Shown here one piece after another: positions 45,914 to 55,775 of a stretch of DNA of 64,000 nucleotides; position 1 is the stretch's first letter; every line of letters starts with the position of its first letter. The stretch covers positions 3,296,001-3,360,000 of the forward strand of contig OZ242195.1 of the NCBI GenBank assembly GCA_965205975.1, given 5' to 3'. Origin of the DNA: Candidatus Latescibacterota bacterium. Its GTDB lineage: Bacteria; Latescibacterota; UBA2968. The notes below the pieces were generated by a model. It was not told where the DNA came from. It saw only the letters and a program-made list of their open reading frames with translations, and searched no databases. The translations under genes and the position numbers were made by a program.

Positions 45914-47576
45914 TAACTATCCTTCTCGTATTCGGCAATCCATTGTTCGGCTTCTTCTTTAGTATATGCTTCGGTAATGACCTTGTGGTTTTCCGGCAGT
46001 TCATTGCTTGCTGGTTTGTCAATATGCGGTTCCAACCTCTCTCGTAAATCATTTGCTTTTTTTTCAGATAAGCCTTCTGCGAGGGAATCCACATCTTCTT
46101 TGGTCAATCCACCTGCGAAAATCGCGCCGGATAGATCAGATTTTTTGCCAATCTGGTTCCAGATACGATTTCTGAAAGACATAGAATGAGAACTCCCGAT
46201 TCCGACCCCCTGTAGGCGCGTTCCATGAAGGTCGGCACCTTGTAGGTGTACTTCATCAAGAATAGCACATTGTAGGCGCGCCCTACGAAGATCAGCACAT
46301 TGCAGGCATGTGTCGCGAAGGACAGCACATTGCAGGTGTGCTTCAATCAACAATGTCCCTTGCAGGTATGCCATAGTCAGATTGGCCTCTTGAAGATGTG
46401 CGCCATCCAATTCTGCTCCTTGCAGGCGTGCCCTGCCAAGATCAGCTTCTTGCAGGCGTGCCCTGCCAAGATCAGCTTCTTGCAGGTGTGCCTCGCGAAG
46501 ATCAGCCCCTTGCAGGTGTGCCTCGCGAAGATCAGCCCCTTGCAGGTGTGCCTCGCGAAGATCAGCCCCTTGCAACTGCGCTCCTCTAAGATCAGCCCCT
46601 TGCAACTGCGCTCCTCTAAGATTAGCCCCTTGCAACTGTGCATTCGAAAGCTTGGCCCTTTGCAGATGTGACCAGCTAAGATTAGCTTTTTGCAGATATG
46701 CCCCAGTCAGAATGGCCTTTTCTAAACGCGCTTCCTGCAAATCTGCCCCGTTCAGCCAACTCCCCTGTAAGTTGATATCACAATCTTTGAAAACCTCGTG
46801 ATTCTGGATGAACAGCAATGTCAACAGGCTTTGTACTTCTTCCGAGGGTTTTGATTCATGTTTTTCTGTCATAACTAATTTCCTTCCGTCATCTGGCGGA
46901 TATGGAGACAGAGCATGTCCAGTGCCGTCTGACGCAATTCTTTGGTGTCTTCTTTGGCATCTTTTGCCAGTTGGAAAAGTTCGTAGGCTCCACCCAGGCG
47001 CACGATGTCTTTTTCGTCCCCCAAGTGTTCAATGGCATTTTTCAGGCGTTCCTGTCGCAACCCTTGCTCGGTGTGCGAGACAGTCTCTTCCATCGCCTTG
47101 GCGCGTCTGTGGGAAGCCAATGCTTGCAGGGCGATCAGTATGCCGCCCATCCCAATTCCCAAAAATTTCAGAACTTCATATTTTCGATTTTCACTTCCAG
47201 ATACCCCAAAAATTTTGAAACTCCACGAGGGTTTGTCGGGGACCATGACAACTACAAAAACTATCGCCAACACAATTAACGAGACGACAAGAATGCGATC
47301 AAGATTGTCAATGAGAAATTGCCACAGCTTTGAAAAGATACTCATTGCAGATTTCCAAGATAACAAGAGGACTATCAAGATACCACCCATGCCGATTCCC
47401 AGAAACGTCAGAATTTTGTTTTTGGCGTTTAAGCCTATAAGTTCAGAAACACAATTTTTGACACAGTCGAAACTCATGACGCCTATAAAAATTATCACCA
47501 TAAAGACAAGCAGGCCGACAAGAATGCGGTCAAGATTGTTGATGAGAAAATCCCACAGTTTAGAAAAGAATTTCAT
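45913..47576 (-). pseudogene. Membrane-anchored pentapeptide-repeat protein split by a frameshift (ORFs 46875-47576 and 45913-46872)
   Basis: TM part with ERLKNAIEHLG...RLGGAY...LCLHIR ends at TAG; KPSEEVQSLL plus A(D/N)L repeats resume 2 nt later in another frame. Confidence 0.7.
46420..46636. repeat. 30-bp tandem repeats (two pentapeptides each)
   Basis: TGCAGGCGTGCCCTGCCAAGATCAGCTTCT x2, TGCAGGTGTGCCTCGCGAAGATCAGCCCCT x3, TGCAACTGCGCTCCTCTAAGAT.AGCCCCT x2. Confidence 0.9.
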
Positions 47577-47649
47577 TACAAATTTCCTATTCTCAAGAAT
47601 TACCGGGTAACAGCATCACTTCGAAACAGATTCGATTCGCCCTCACAAG

Positions 47650-48453
47650 TCATCGTTTCATAACCTGTCTCAACAGATTCATTGCGGATTCCGAAGCCGA
47701 CCAATACTTGCCATAATATCTCCAATATTCATAAGCTTCATCGGGTCCTCCCACATTAATACGCCCCTCTATCCGGAATTTCGGCTTGGGATGTCTCTTT
47801 TTTAAGAGCTCTTTACCCACCAACGGCAATTCAACGACACAATTTTCCAGCACCGTCCGCGCATCCTTGTCTCGCCCAAGGCGTGCAAGAGCCAATGCTC
47901 TGGAGTAGAGAATTTCAGGACCAATATCATTCGGATATTGGCAGCAAAGATCGAGAATTGCCGATAATTCGTTTTTCTCAAACCAACATATCGGCAATAG
48001 GTATCTGACCCCCTGATTGTCGCCTGGATTAACGGACAGGAGTCTCTGAAAAATCTCAATTGCCTCGTCGTACCTATCGCTATGGAAATGCCACAACCCA
48101 AGATTATGGTACGCTCTCATGAATGGACGATTCTCCAACAGACCCCATGTGACTCTTGCGTTATCCCACTTGAATTTCCTGGGAATCGCTTGTAGCCCAA
48201 TGCTGACAGCAGCTTGACAAAAGACGTAAGCCTCTAATACTCTACCTTGTTCGCTGTAGATAAGAGATAGATGATGGAGCGCGTCAATGTGGTTGGGACA
48301 CGCCTTGACAATAGCGCGAAGCATTTTTTCTGCACATTCAGCATGACCCGATTCCCAAATATCCAATGCTCGATAAAGTTCTTCATTGATCTCATAGGTA
48401 ATAGTCGGATCTTGAAAGATCCAGTCATTTCTCTCTATTTCCACCAGTTTCAT
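47650..48453 (-). CDS. TPR-containing protein
   Basis: WGLLENRPFMRAY, LLSVNPGDNQGVRY, GGPDEAYEY motifs. Confidence 0.75.
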   Translation of the reverse strand: MKLVEIERNDWIFQDPTITYEINEELYRALDIWESGHAECAEKMLRAIVKACPNHIDALHHLSLIYSEQGRVLEAYVFCQAAVSIGLQAIPRKFKWDNARVTWGLLENRPFMRAYHNLGLWHFHSDRYDEAIEIFQRLLSVNPGDNQGVRYLLPICWFEKNELSAILDLCCQYPNDIGPEILYSRALALARLGRDKDARTVLENCVVELPLVGKELLKKRHPKPKFRIEGRINVGGPDEAYEYWRYYGKYWSASESAMNLLRQVMKR

Positions 48454-48782
48454 GGTGTTTTCCTGTATTGGGCGGTGGTTTCATTTGGCAGGACGAGTTC
48501 GTAAATTTCCATTGTGATTTCCCACAACATGATTGACATTGTAGGTTTTTAATAGCTATATTTTTTCGTTCCAATACTTCTTCTACGGAGGCACAAAGAC
48601 ATCTTCAAGGCTTTCGGTCAGTGTATCTTGTACGATGCTTTCGGCTTCACAAGGGGGTATATTCTTTGACAGGTAGCGTATCCTTCCTGTTTGCGCGCAA
48701 CCCGCAGGCAAGTCTCCTGCACCTGAGTAAAGGATACGCTCTTTTTTCAATATACCTCATTACATCCGGTAGGAGCTAAAAC

Positions 48783-49016
48783 ATGAAACACATTATTTCA
48801 GATCCAGGTATTCTGGGTGGTAAACCAGTTATTGAAGGCACGCGATTGAGTGTTGAGCATATTTTAGGCTTACTTGCGCGCAATATGTCACATCGAGAAA
48901 TAGTGGAGGCGTATCCGGTACTAACAGTTGAAGACGTGAATGGTGTTTTGGAATACGCTGCAAAGGCATTGCAAAACGATATTGTGATTGATGTCAAAAT
49001 GGCTTCAGGAGTCTAA
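48783..49016 (+). CDS. DUF433 family antitoxin-like protein
   Basis: DPGILGGKPVIEGTRLSV..IL...EI...YP.LT.EDV. Confidence 0.88.
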   Translation: MKHIISDPGILGGKPVIEGTRLSVEHILGLLARNMSHREIVEAYPVLTVEDVNGVLEYAAKALQNDIVIDVKMASGV

Positions 49017-49019
49017 CGT

Positions 49020-49379
49020 ATGTTGCCACCTCTTGTGGCGGATATGAATATCGGGATTCCTGTTATTCAGTTTCTGCGTGAAAGCGGAATTGATATTGTG
49101 TCCTCTATAGAACAGCAATGGGGACATTTAAGCGACGAGCAAATATTGGCTCGGGCATATGCAATGGACCGATTTGTCCTGACGCACGATTCCGATTTTG
49201 GAACATTAGCCGTTTTTCGTGGTTATCCCCTGACGGGTATTATTTATTTAAGACCAGGTGGGCGTCTTCCCTCTGAAGTGATTGCGGACTTGGGCGATCT
49301 CCTGACAGCCTCAGTTGATTGGACGCCTCCCATGATAGTCGTGTATCGTTCAGGTCGTTTACGGATTCGAAGGCTTTGA
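49020..49379 (+). CDS. DUF5615 PIN-like toxin (VapC45/Mut7-C type)
   Basis: ADMNI, SDEQIL, LTHDSDFG, RIRRL; paired with DUF433 gene. Confidence 0.85.
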   Translation: MLPPLVADMNIGIPVIQFLRESGIDIVSSIEQQWGHLSDEQILARAYAMDRFVLTHDSDFGTLAVFRGYPLTGIIYLRPGGRLPSEVIADLGDLLTASVDWTPPMIVVYRSGRLRIRRL

Positions 49380-49590
49380 GCCTTTCTATTAATTCTTTGG
49401 GTGTACAGAGGATCGGCAGTTCATTTTTTTAATATACAAAAGCATTTCAATTATCGCACCACTTCAAAAACGCATTCTTGACATAAGAGGCTTTTAAGAA
49501 CTATATTCGAATATTGGACTGGGGTTATTCCTGGTCGGCAGCAGGTCCTGGGATATCTCGGGACCTTTCGCTTTTTCAGGGAGATGCATT

Positions 49591-50376
49591 ATGGGAAATC
49601 TGACGCCTCACCTAATGCTCAGTGACGAACAGATCGAAGCGTTCTTCGAAATCGGATTCGTCATCGTACCGGACGTCTTTACGCCAACTGAAATCAAAGA
49701 AATGCGAGCCGGATTTGACCGCTTGCAAAAAATGGCCTACGCGCTATCGGAACCCGGGATCCACAACGGCTCTGATTTTGCCATAGAAAGAAAGGAATCT
49801 GGACAGGTCATCATTCACCGCATCTCCTGGTGCGGGGCGGCCGAACCCGTGCTGCTCGCTTATGGCAAAGACCACCGCCTGCTCGGCATGGCGAGCCAAT
49901 TGCTGGGCAGCAACGAAATGAACCAGTTAATCAACCAGGCCCACTTCAAAATACCCGGCGACAACGTGGCATTTCCGTGGCATCAGGACAGCGAACATCG
50001 GGGATATGGAAAACCCTGGTGGAAGGACGTCAATGGACGCGGCAGCTTTGTCCAGCAAGCCATCGCCATTGACGACGTAACCGAAGAAAGTGGACCTTTG
50101 AAATTCATCCCTAAAAGTTGCAAATTGGGACATCTGGGCCTGCTAAGTCGCAGTGCAGAAGAATACCCGGCACTATTCAACCCCGACGACGCCGTTACGG
50201 GAATCATGAAAGCCGGCAGCGTAGCGCTATTCAATCCATACACCATTCACGGCAGCGAACCGAACCGCTCGCAGAAATCGCGGCGCGTCTTTATAAATGG
50301 CTATGCGTACCCCGGCGCCAACTCGAGAACCTATCCCGGCAAAGGGGCTGGCAGACTCTTAAAGATCACCGGCTAA
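49591..50376 (+). CDS. Phytanoyl-CoA dioxygenase (PhyH) family Fe(II)/2-OG dioxygenase
   Basis: WHQD, IHGSEPNRS..SRR. Confidence 0.88.
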   Translation: MGNLTPHLMLSDEQIEAFFEIGFVIVPDVFTPTEIKEMRAGFDRLQKMAYALSEPGIHNGSDFAIERKESGQVIIHRISWCGAAEPVLLAYGKDHRLLGMASQLLGSNEMNQLINQAHFKIPGDNVAFPWHQDSEHRGYGKPWWKDVNGRGSFVQQAIAIDDVTEESGPLKFIPKSCKLGHLGLLSRSAEEYPALFNPDDAVTGIMKAGSVALFNPYTIHGSEPNRSQKSRRVFINGYAYPGANSRTYPGKGAGRLLKITG

Positions 50377-50388
50377 AGAGTTTTCGTA

Positions 50389-51324
50389 TTATCGGGTCTG
50401 AGCCATCTCCCGGTCCTCTTCCTCAAGCGCACGAGCCATCGCCTGACGCACATTGAGAGGACGGACGGGAAAACGCTCGCGCGCACCATCATCTCGGACA
50501 ACCGTCTCATTCCGCAAACTATCGATAAGCTTCTTACCCACCCGCGCATAAAGAGGCGTCACCAGCCCCAACCACAAACTGGAAAGACGAGGACTCAAAA
50601 AAGGAACCGGAATCATAAGACGTCGCACGCCGATCTGGCGGGCGTATTCGCGCATCAGCCCGCCGTAAGTCACCTGTTGAGGACCGCCAATCTCAAAAAC
50701 CGCACTACCCTCCTCCTCCACATCCAGCCCCCCAATCAAATACGAGATCACATCCTCAATCGCAATCGGCTGAGTTGGTGTGCGGACCCAACTCGGCGTA
50801 ATCATAATCGGCAACTTATTGACCAGACTGCGCACCATCTCAAAAGACAGCGACCCCGAACCAATAATAATAGAAGCGCGAAACTCCAGCGTTGCAGGTC
50901 CCTCAGAAGTTAGAATAGCCCCCACCTCCTGGCGACTCGCCAGATGGGAAGAAAGTTCACTATCCCCAACCAGACCCCCCAAATAAATAACGCGCCGAAC
51001 CCCTTGCTGCAGCGCGACGCGAGCAAAATTTTGTGCCCCAATGCGATCCTGCTCTTCAAAATTAGCTCTCGACCCCATAGAATGCACCAGATAGTACGCC
51101 GTATCCACCCCTTCCAACGCAACCTTCAGCGAATCCCGATCCAGCACATCCCCCGCGACAATCTCGGTATCGGAACAAAATCGACCTGTCAGATACTGGG
51201 GATTGCGAGCCAGACAACGCACGCGCGCTCCCCTTTCTTCAAGCACCGGAACCAGCCGCCCGCCAACATACCCACTGGCTCCAGTCACCAGCACAAGCCT
51301 GTCTTTTCCCTTATCTTGAGACAT
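50389..51324 (-). CDS. Atypical SDR NAD(P)H-binding oxidoreductase (YbjT-like N-terminal part)
   Basis: VTGASGYVG, YYLVHSM, HLASRQEVG, RASIIIGSGS. Confidence 0.85.
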   Translation of the reverse strand: MSQDKGKDRLVLVTGASGYVGGRLVPVLEERGARVRCLARNPQYLTGRFCSDTEIVAGDVLDRDSLKVALEGVDTAYYLVHSMGSRANFEEQDRIGAQNFARVALQQGVRRVIYLGGLVGDSELSSHLASRQEVGAILTSEGPATLEFRASIIIGSGSLSFEMVRSLVNKLPIMITPSWVRTPTQPIAIEDVISYLIGGLDVEEEGSAVFEIGGPQQVTYGGLMREYARQIGVRRLMIPVPFLSPRLSSLWLGLVTPLYARVGKKLIDSLRNETVVRDDGARERFPVRPLNVRQAMARALEEEDREMAQTR

Positions 51325-51331
51325 TGCCTGC

Positions 51332-52372
51332 CTAATGCATATCTATGGACAGCACGTAACTGAGCAGAGTCACCAAAAGCCACATCGCCACCAGAACGAT
51401 CCCAAAAGGACGCTTCAACGCGTTGCCCGACACAAAAATGCCACAACGAAAAACAATGAGAATAAACACCATTGCCGGAAACAAAAATTGGAAAAATTGA
51501 CCATCGGCTTGTAAACCACCTGGTGTTGCTGCGGCCGAGATACCTGCGACAAAGAGCACATTGAGAATATCTGCGCCAATAATATTGCCAACAGCCAACT
51601 CTCCGTGCCCGCGTCTAACAGCGGTAATCGCCGTCACGAGTTCTGGGAGCGATGTGCCAAACGCAACAAGCGTTGCCGAAATAATGTGTTTTGGCACGCC
51701 AATTCTCTCTGCCAAAACACTCACACTGGGAATGAGAATTTGAGCCGAAATAACAATAACAGCAATCGCCAGGAGCAACTTCACAAGCACCATACTCGCG
51801 CGACTACTCTCAGCATCGGTAGCATCTTCCCGATCAGCATTCGACGTAGTTGCAGCCCAGCGGATCGACTGCCAAATATAAAGTCCCAAAAGTACCACAA
51901 AAGCAAAACCAGCGAACTGTGGCAAAACCCCACCCTGGCTAAACAATTTCGCGGGAGAAGCCCAAGGAAAACAGGCGAGCACCAGAAGAATACCAGCCCC
52001 CACCTGCACATTTGACAACCGCGACGCCAACTGACGGTTGAGAGGTAAGGGAGCAACCAGAGAAGCCAGGCCAATGATAAGGCCCGTATCGCAAATAATC
52101 GAACCAACAGCATTCCCAAGAGCAAGCCCTGGTTTTCCTTGAATCGCCGAAAACACGGACACCGCCGCTTCCGGCGTCGTCGTACCAATACTCACAATCG
52201 TCGCACCGATAACCGCTTTCCCCAGCCCCCAGCGCACCGAAAGCGTCACAGCCTCATCAACGAGCCAATCAGCGCCTTTGCCGAGCGTGTACAGCGTCAC
52301 CGCAATAATCACTAACAGGAACGGACTGGCCAATCCCATCACAAGCTCTTCAATCCATTTTTCCATCTTCAC
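51332..52372 (-). CDS. Na+/Ca2+ antiporter (YrbG/CaCA family)
   Basis: Alpha repeats GTTTPE...GNAVGS and GTSLPE...GNIIGA. Confidence 0.88.
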   Translation of the reverse strand: MKMEKWIEELVMGLASPFLLVIIAVTLYTLGKGADWLVDEAVTLSVRWGLGKAVIGATIVSIGTTTPEAAVSVFSAIQGKPGLALGNAVGSIICDTGLIIGLASLVAPLPLNRQLASRLSNVQVGAGILLVLACFPWASPAKLFSQGGVLPQFAGFAFVVLLGLYIWQSIRWAATTSNADREDATDAESSRASMVLVKLLLAIAVIVISAQILIPSVSVLAERIGVPKHIISATLVAFGTSLPELVTAITAVRRGHGELAVGNIIGADILNVLFVAGISAAATPGGLQADGQFFQFLFPAMVFILIVFRCGIFVSGNALKRPFGIVLVAMWLLVTLLSYVLSIDMH

Positions 52373-52457
52373 CTTTCCCAGGCAGCGAGCAATGACACAC
52401 GGTCTCCTACAAAACCCTGCCGCGATGACGACTCTACAGCACCTGATTAGCTCATCA

Positions 52458-53255
52458 CTAAATCACAAAAATATCACTCGGGCGATTTTGTTCCGCCACA
52501 CTCAGGTGAAAAGACCGAACACCCTGCCCCTGCAACATATCCGCACAAGTTTCTCGCGCCAGAGCCGGCCGATTATTTTTCTCACTCAAATGCGCCAAAA
52601 CCGCCTGTTTCAAACCCTCTCTCGCCAAATTGCACAACGCCTCTGCTGCCCCATCATTTGACAAATGACCGTGCGTACTATTGATCCTCTGCTTCAAAAC
52701 CCATGGATAAGGCCCATTCATAAGCAATTGTCGATCGTAATTCGTCTCAATAATCACCAGATCGGCCCGGCGCATATGCTGATAAACCAACTGCGTCACC
52801 GTACCCATATCTGTAGCAATCGTCACATTGGCCTGCCCATCCGTCACGGAAAAATTCACGGGATCAGCGGCATCGTGAGGCAATTGGAACGCCTGAAAAG
52901 ACAAATCGCCAATTGAAAAAGCCTCATCATTTTCAAACACCCGAATCTTTTCAGTCCCTCGAAAAATCTTCTTCGAAGCATTCAACGTGCCCTCCGTCAT
53001 CCAAACCGGCAGCCCATACCGCCGCGCCAACACCCCCACCCCCTTAATGTGATCGGCATGCTCGTGACTCACCACAACAGCCTGCAAACCCGCTGGATCA
53101 AACCCAACATCTCGCAAACGCTCTTCAATCTTCTTACCCGTCAAACCCGCATCGATAAGCACACTTGAAGAACCATTTTGAACACAAATCGAATTGCCAC
53201 CGCTACCACTTGCCAACAAACAAATCTTCACCCTATAGCTCCTCTCACACTTCAT
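52458..53255 (-). CDS. MBL-fold metallo-hydrolase (YycJ/WalJ-like)
   Basis: LASGSGGN, SHEHADH, HDAADP, GHLSN, HLSEKNN. Confidence 0.88.
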   Translation of the reverse strand: MKCERSYRVKICLLASGSGGNSICVQNGSSSVLIDAGLTGKKIEERLRDVGFDPAGLQAVVVSHEHADHIKGVGVLARRYGLPVWMTEGTLNASKKIFRGTEKIRVFENDEAFSIGDLSFQAFQLPHDAADPVNFSVTDGQANVTIATDMGTVTQLVYQHMRRADLVIIETNYDRQLLMNGPYPWVLKQRINSTHGHLSNDGAAEALCNLAREGLKQAVLAHLSEKNNRPALARETCADMLQGQGVRSFHLSVAEQNRPSDIFVI

Positions 53256-53355
53256 CCTTCACATTTTTGCCGTTTGAAACGGCAAACTACATCACACATC
53301 ACAGCCCCTCTTTTTCATCTGGGTTTATCTGCGTCATCTGCGGATCGCACTTCAC

Positions 53356-55650
53356 CTACTCATTCACAATCCGCGCCACCCAAATACTAATCTCGTACAA
53401 AACGATGAGCGGCATAGCCATCAAAAGCTGAGACAGAGGATCGGGCGGGGTCAAAATGGCGGCGAGTATAAACCCGATCAAAAGCGCATAACGCCGTCCT
53501 TTTCGCATCCGATCGCGTGTTGCAATCCCCATCTTAGCCAGAAAAAACGTCAACACGGGCAACTCAAACACCAGGCCAAAAGCCACCAGAAGGCGCAGCA
53601 CAAAACCGATATATTCCCCAATATCAAACTGCGGCTTCACAATCGTATCTTCAGCCATACCAACAAAAAACTTCATCGCCAGTGGGATAACCAGCCAGTA
53701 CGCCAAAATAGCACCAACGACAAAACACACAGTGGCCGAACCAATCACAAACGTCACAAACCGCCGCTCGCTGGCAAATAGACCGGGCGCGACAAACATC
53801 CAGACCTGAAAAATCAAAAACGGCAGCGCCAGAATCCCCCCACCCACCAGCGCGATCTGAAGCTTGACCATAAACATGCCCATCGGTCTTAAAGTCTGCA
53901 ATATCAGTTCATCTTCCAGTTCGCGGGTAGGATGGAGCAGCACAGCCAAAATCTCATTGACAAAAATCCCGCAAAAAATCGCGCCTATAATAATCGCGGC
54001 CAAACTCTTCAAAATGCGCCACCGCAACTCCTCCAGATGATCGAGAAAAGGCATCGGCTTGCCTTCATCGGGCAGATCTTCTTCATCGCGGTCTGGCATA
54101 ATCGCCGGCACCGTACCCTCAGGCGGTGCAACATCCTCCTCCACCTCTCGCGGTCGCCGAATAGCCGACACCGCCAACCCCATCAACGCGATCACGCCGC
54201 ACAACTGAGAAAACAAATCGCCAAACCGCATATAAAGCGTCTGCTCATCGCGCGGTGCAATCGTCCCGGCCACAACAGCCTCTTCAAATAAACCCGTCTT
54301 TTGCGCTTGCCGCCCGTAGGGATCGACAAACATCGACACACCCGTATTGGCACAACGCACAACCCAACGCCTGTTTTCAACTGCTCTGAAAGTTGCAATA
54401 TCCGCGTGTTGATACGGTGCTGCCGTGCGCCCATACCACCCATCATTGGTAATCACCACCAAAAACTCGGCACCCCGAACCATCATATCGCGCGCAAGCC
54501 AGGGAAACACCGAATCAAAACAAATCATCCCGGAAAACTTTCCACCCGGCACCTCAAAAACCGTAAGCGCAGTCCCACTCTCAAAATCGCCGCTGATATA
54601 CCCCCCGCCGCTCCACTGAAAATCGCGCAAAAATCCGAGCAATTTGGGAAAAGGTGCCCGCTCTCCAAACGGCACCACCTTCACCTTGTCGTAATGCGGC
54701 AAATCGCCCCCGCCAGGCTCAAACAAAAAAGAAGAATTGTAAAGACGATCCCGCGCCGCAGCCTCAAAGCGATTCGCTCCCATATACAGATAAACGCCCA
54801 GCGAATCGACCAGCGCCTGCACCCGCGCCTGATACGCCTGATGCGACGCGCCTTCACTTTTCAAACGCGCGGGCAAAGCCGCCTCTGACCACACAACCAA
54901 TCGCGCCCCCGTCTCCGCGGCCTGAATCGTCAAAGGTTTCAGCTTGTCAAAATTGTGATCAAAACCCCAGTACGACTTCTCAACAGGCGGCACATTTTGC
55001 TGCACAATAGCGACCTTCAAATCGCCCTCAGCAACCGGCTCTGCCATGCGCCACAAACCAAATCCCGCTGGCAGTGCAAAAGCCAGAACCAGAGCACCAA
55101 CCATCAAACCGCGCCGCGCACTTTCCAATGCCTTAAACGCAATCAAATTGACCACCACCACCCAAAAAGACACCCCGTAAACCCCGGTCGCCTCTGCAAT
55201 CTGAATCAAAGGCAAATAATCCACCTGGGTATGCCCGAGCAACATCCACGGAAAACCCATATCGCCCAGCGTATTAAAATACTCAAACCCCACCCACAAA
55301 AAAGGCACCATCCACAACCCCAGCCTGCCAACGCGCGCCATTGCAAACGACCACAACCACACAAACAGCCCCCGAAAAAGCGACATATACAAAATTGCCC
55401 CCGCCATACCCGGGGGGGTAATCCACGCAATCCAATAAACACTCGCACCGTAAAAAACCACACCCTGCAAAAAACCCGCGCCAAGAGCCACGCGCCCACG
55501 CAGATTTTCGGCAACGGGAATCAGAGGCAACAAACTGATACAGGCCAAAAAACCGAGCGGCAAAGGGGGAAATGCCGCTGCCATCAGCAAACCCGACAAA
55601 ATCGGATATCCGATCACCAACTTCCAACCCCACGTATTGTCCTGCGCCAT
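53356..55650 (-). CDS. Fusion of apolipoprotein N-acyltransferase (Lnt) and twin-arginine translocase subunit TatC
   Basis: Lnt: GFPW, WSE, YDKVKVVPFGE, ICFD, TNDGW, RAVENRR, ANTG; acidic linker; TatC: MPFLDHLEELR, FELP, TPPD, LYEISI. Confidence 0.9.
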   Translation of the reverse strand: MAQDNTWGWKLVIGYPILSGLLMAAAFPPLPLGFLACISLLPLIPVAENLRGRVALGAGFLQGVVFYGASVYWIAWITPPGMAGAILYMSLFRGLFVWLWSFAMARVGRLGLWMVPFLWVGFEYFNTLGDMGFPWMLLGHTQVDYLPLIQIAEATGVYGVSFWVVVVNLIAFKALESARRGLMVGALVLAFALPAGFGLWRMAEPVAEGDLKVAIVQQNVPPVEKSYWGFDHNFDKLKPLTIQAAETGARLVVWSEAALPARLKSEGASHQAYQARVQALVDSLGVYLYMGANRFEAAARDRLYNSSFLFEPGGGDLPHYDKVKVVPFGERAPFPKLLGFLRDFQWSGGGYISGDFESGTALTVFEVPGGKFSGMICFDSVFPWLARDMMVRGAEFLVVITNDGWYGRTAAPYQHADIATFRAVENRRWVVRCANTGVSMFVDPYGRQAQKTGLFEEAVVAGTIAPRDEQTLYMRFGDLFSQLCGVIALMGLAVSAIRRPREVEEDVAPPEGTVPAIMPDRDEEDLPDEGKPMPFLDHLEELRWRILKSLAAIIIGAIFCGIFVNEILAVLLHPTRELEDELILQTLRPMGMFMVKLQIALVGGGILALPFLIFQVWMFVAPGLFASERRFVTFVIGSATVCFVVGAILAYWLVIPLAMKFFVGMAEDTIVKPQFDIGEYIGFVLRLLVAFGLVFELPVLTFFLAKMGIATRDRMRKGRRYALLIGFILAAILTPPDPLSQLLMAMPLIVLYEISIWVARIVNE

Positions 55651-55775
55651 ACCATCACCTGTGTTCATCTGTGGTTAAAAATCCCTATTGCAAAAAACAC
55701 AAAGATTACGGAATATAAAGGCGGGTCAAATCCCTGTCAATTGCCGTCCCAAAAAACAAACCCGGTCTATAACCC

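Noticed and set aside
46420..46636. Possible CRISPR array
   Set aside because: Contiguous 30-bp coding repeats with no unique spacers and no cas genes
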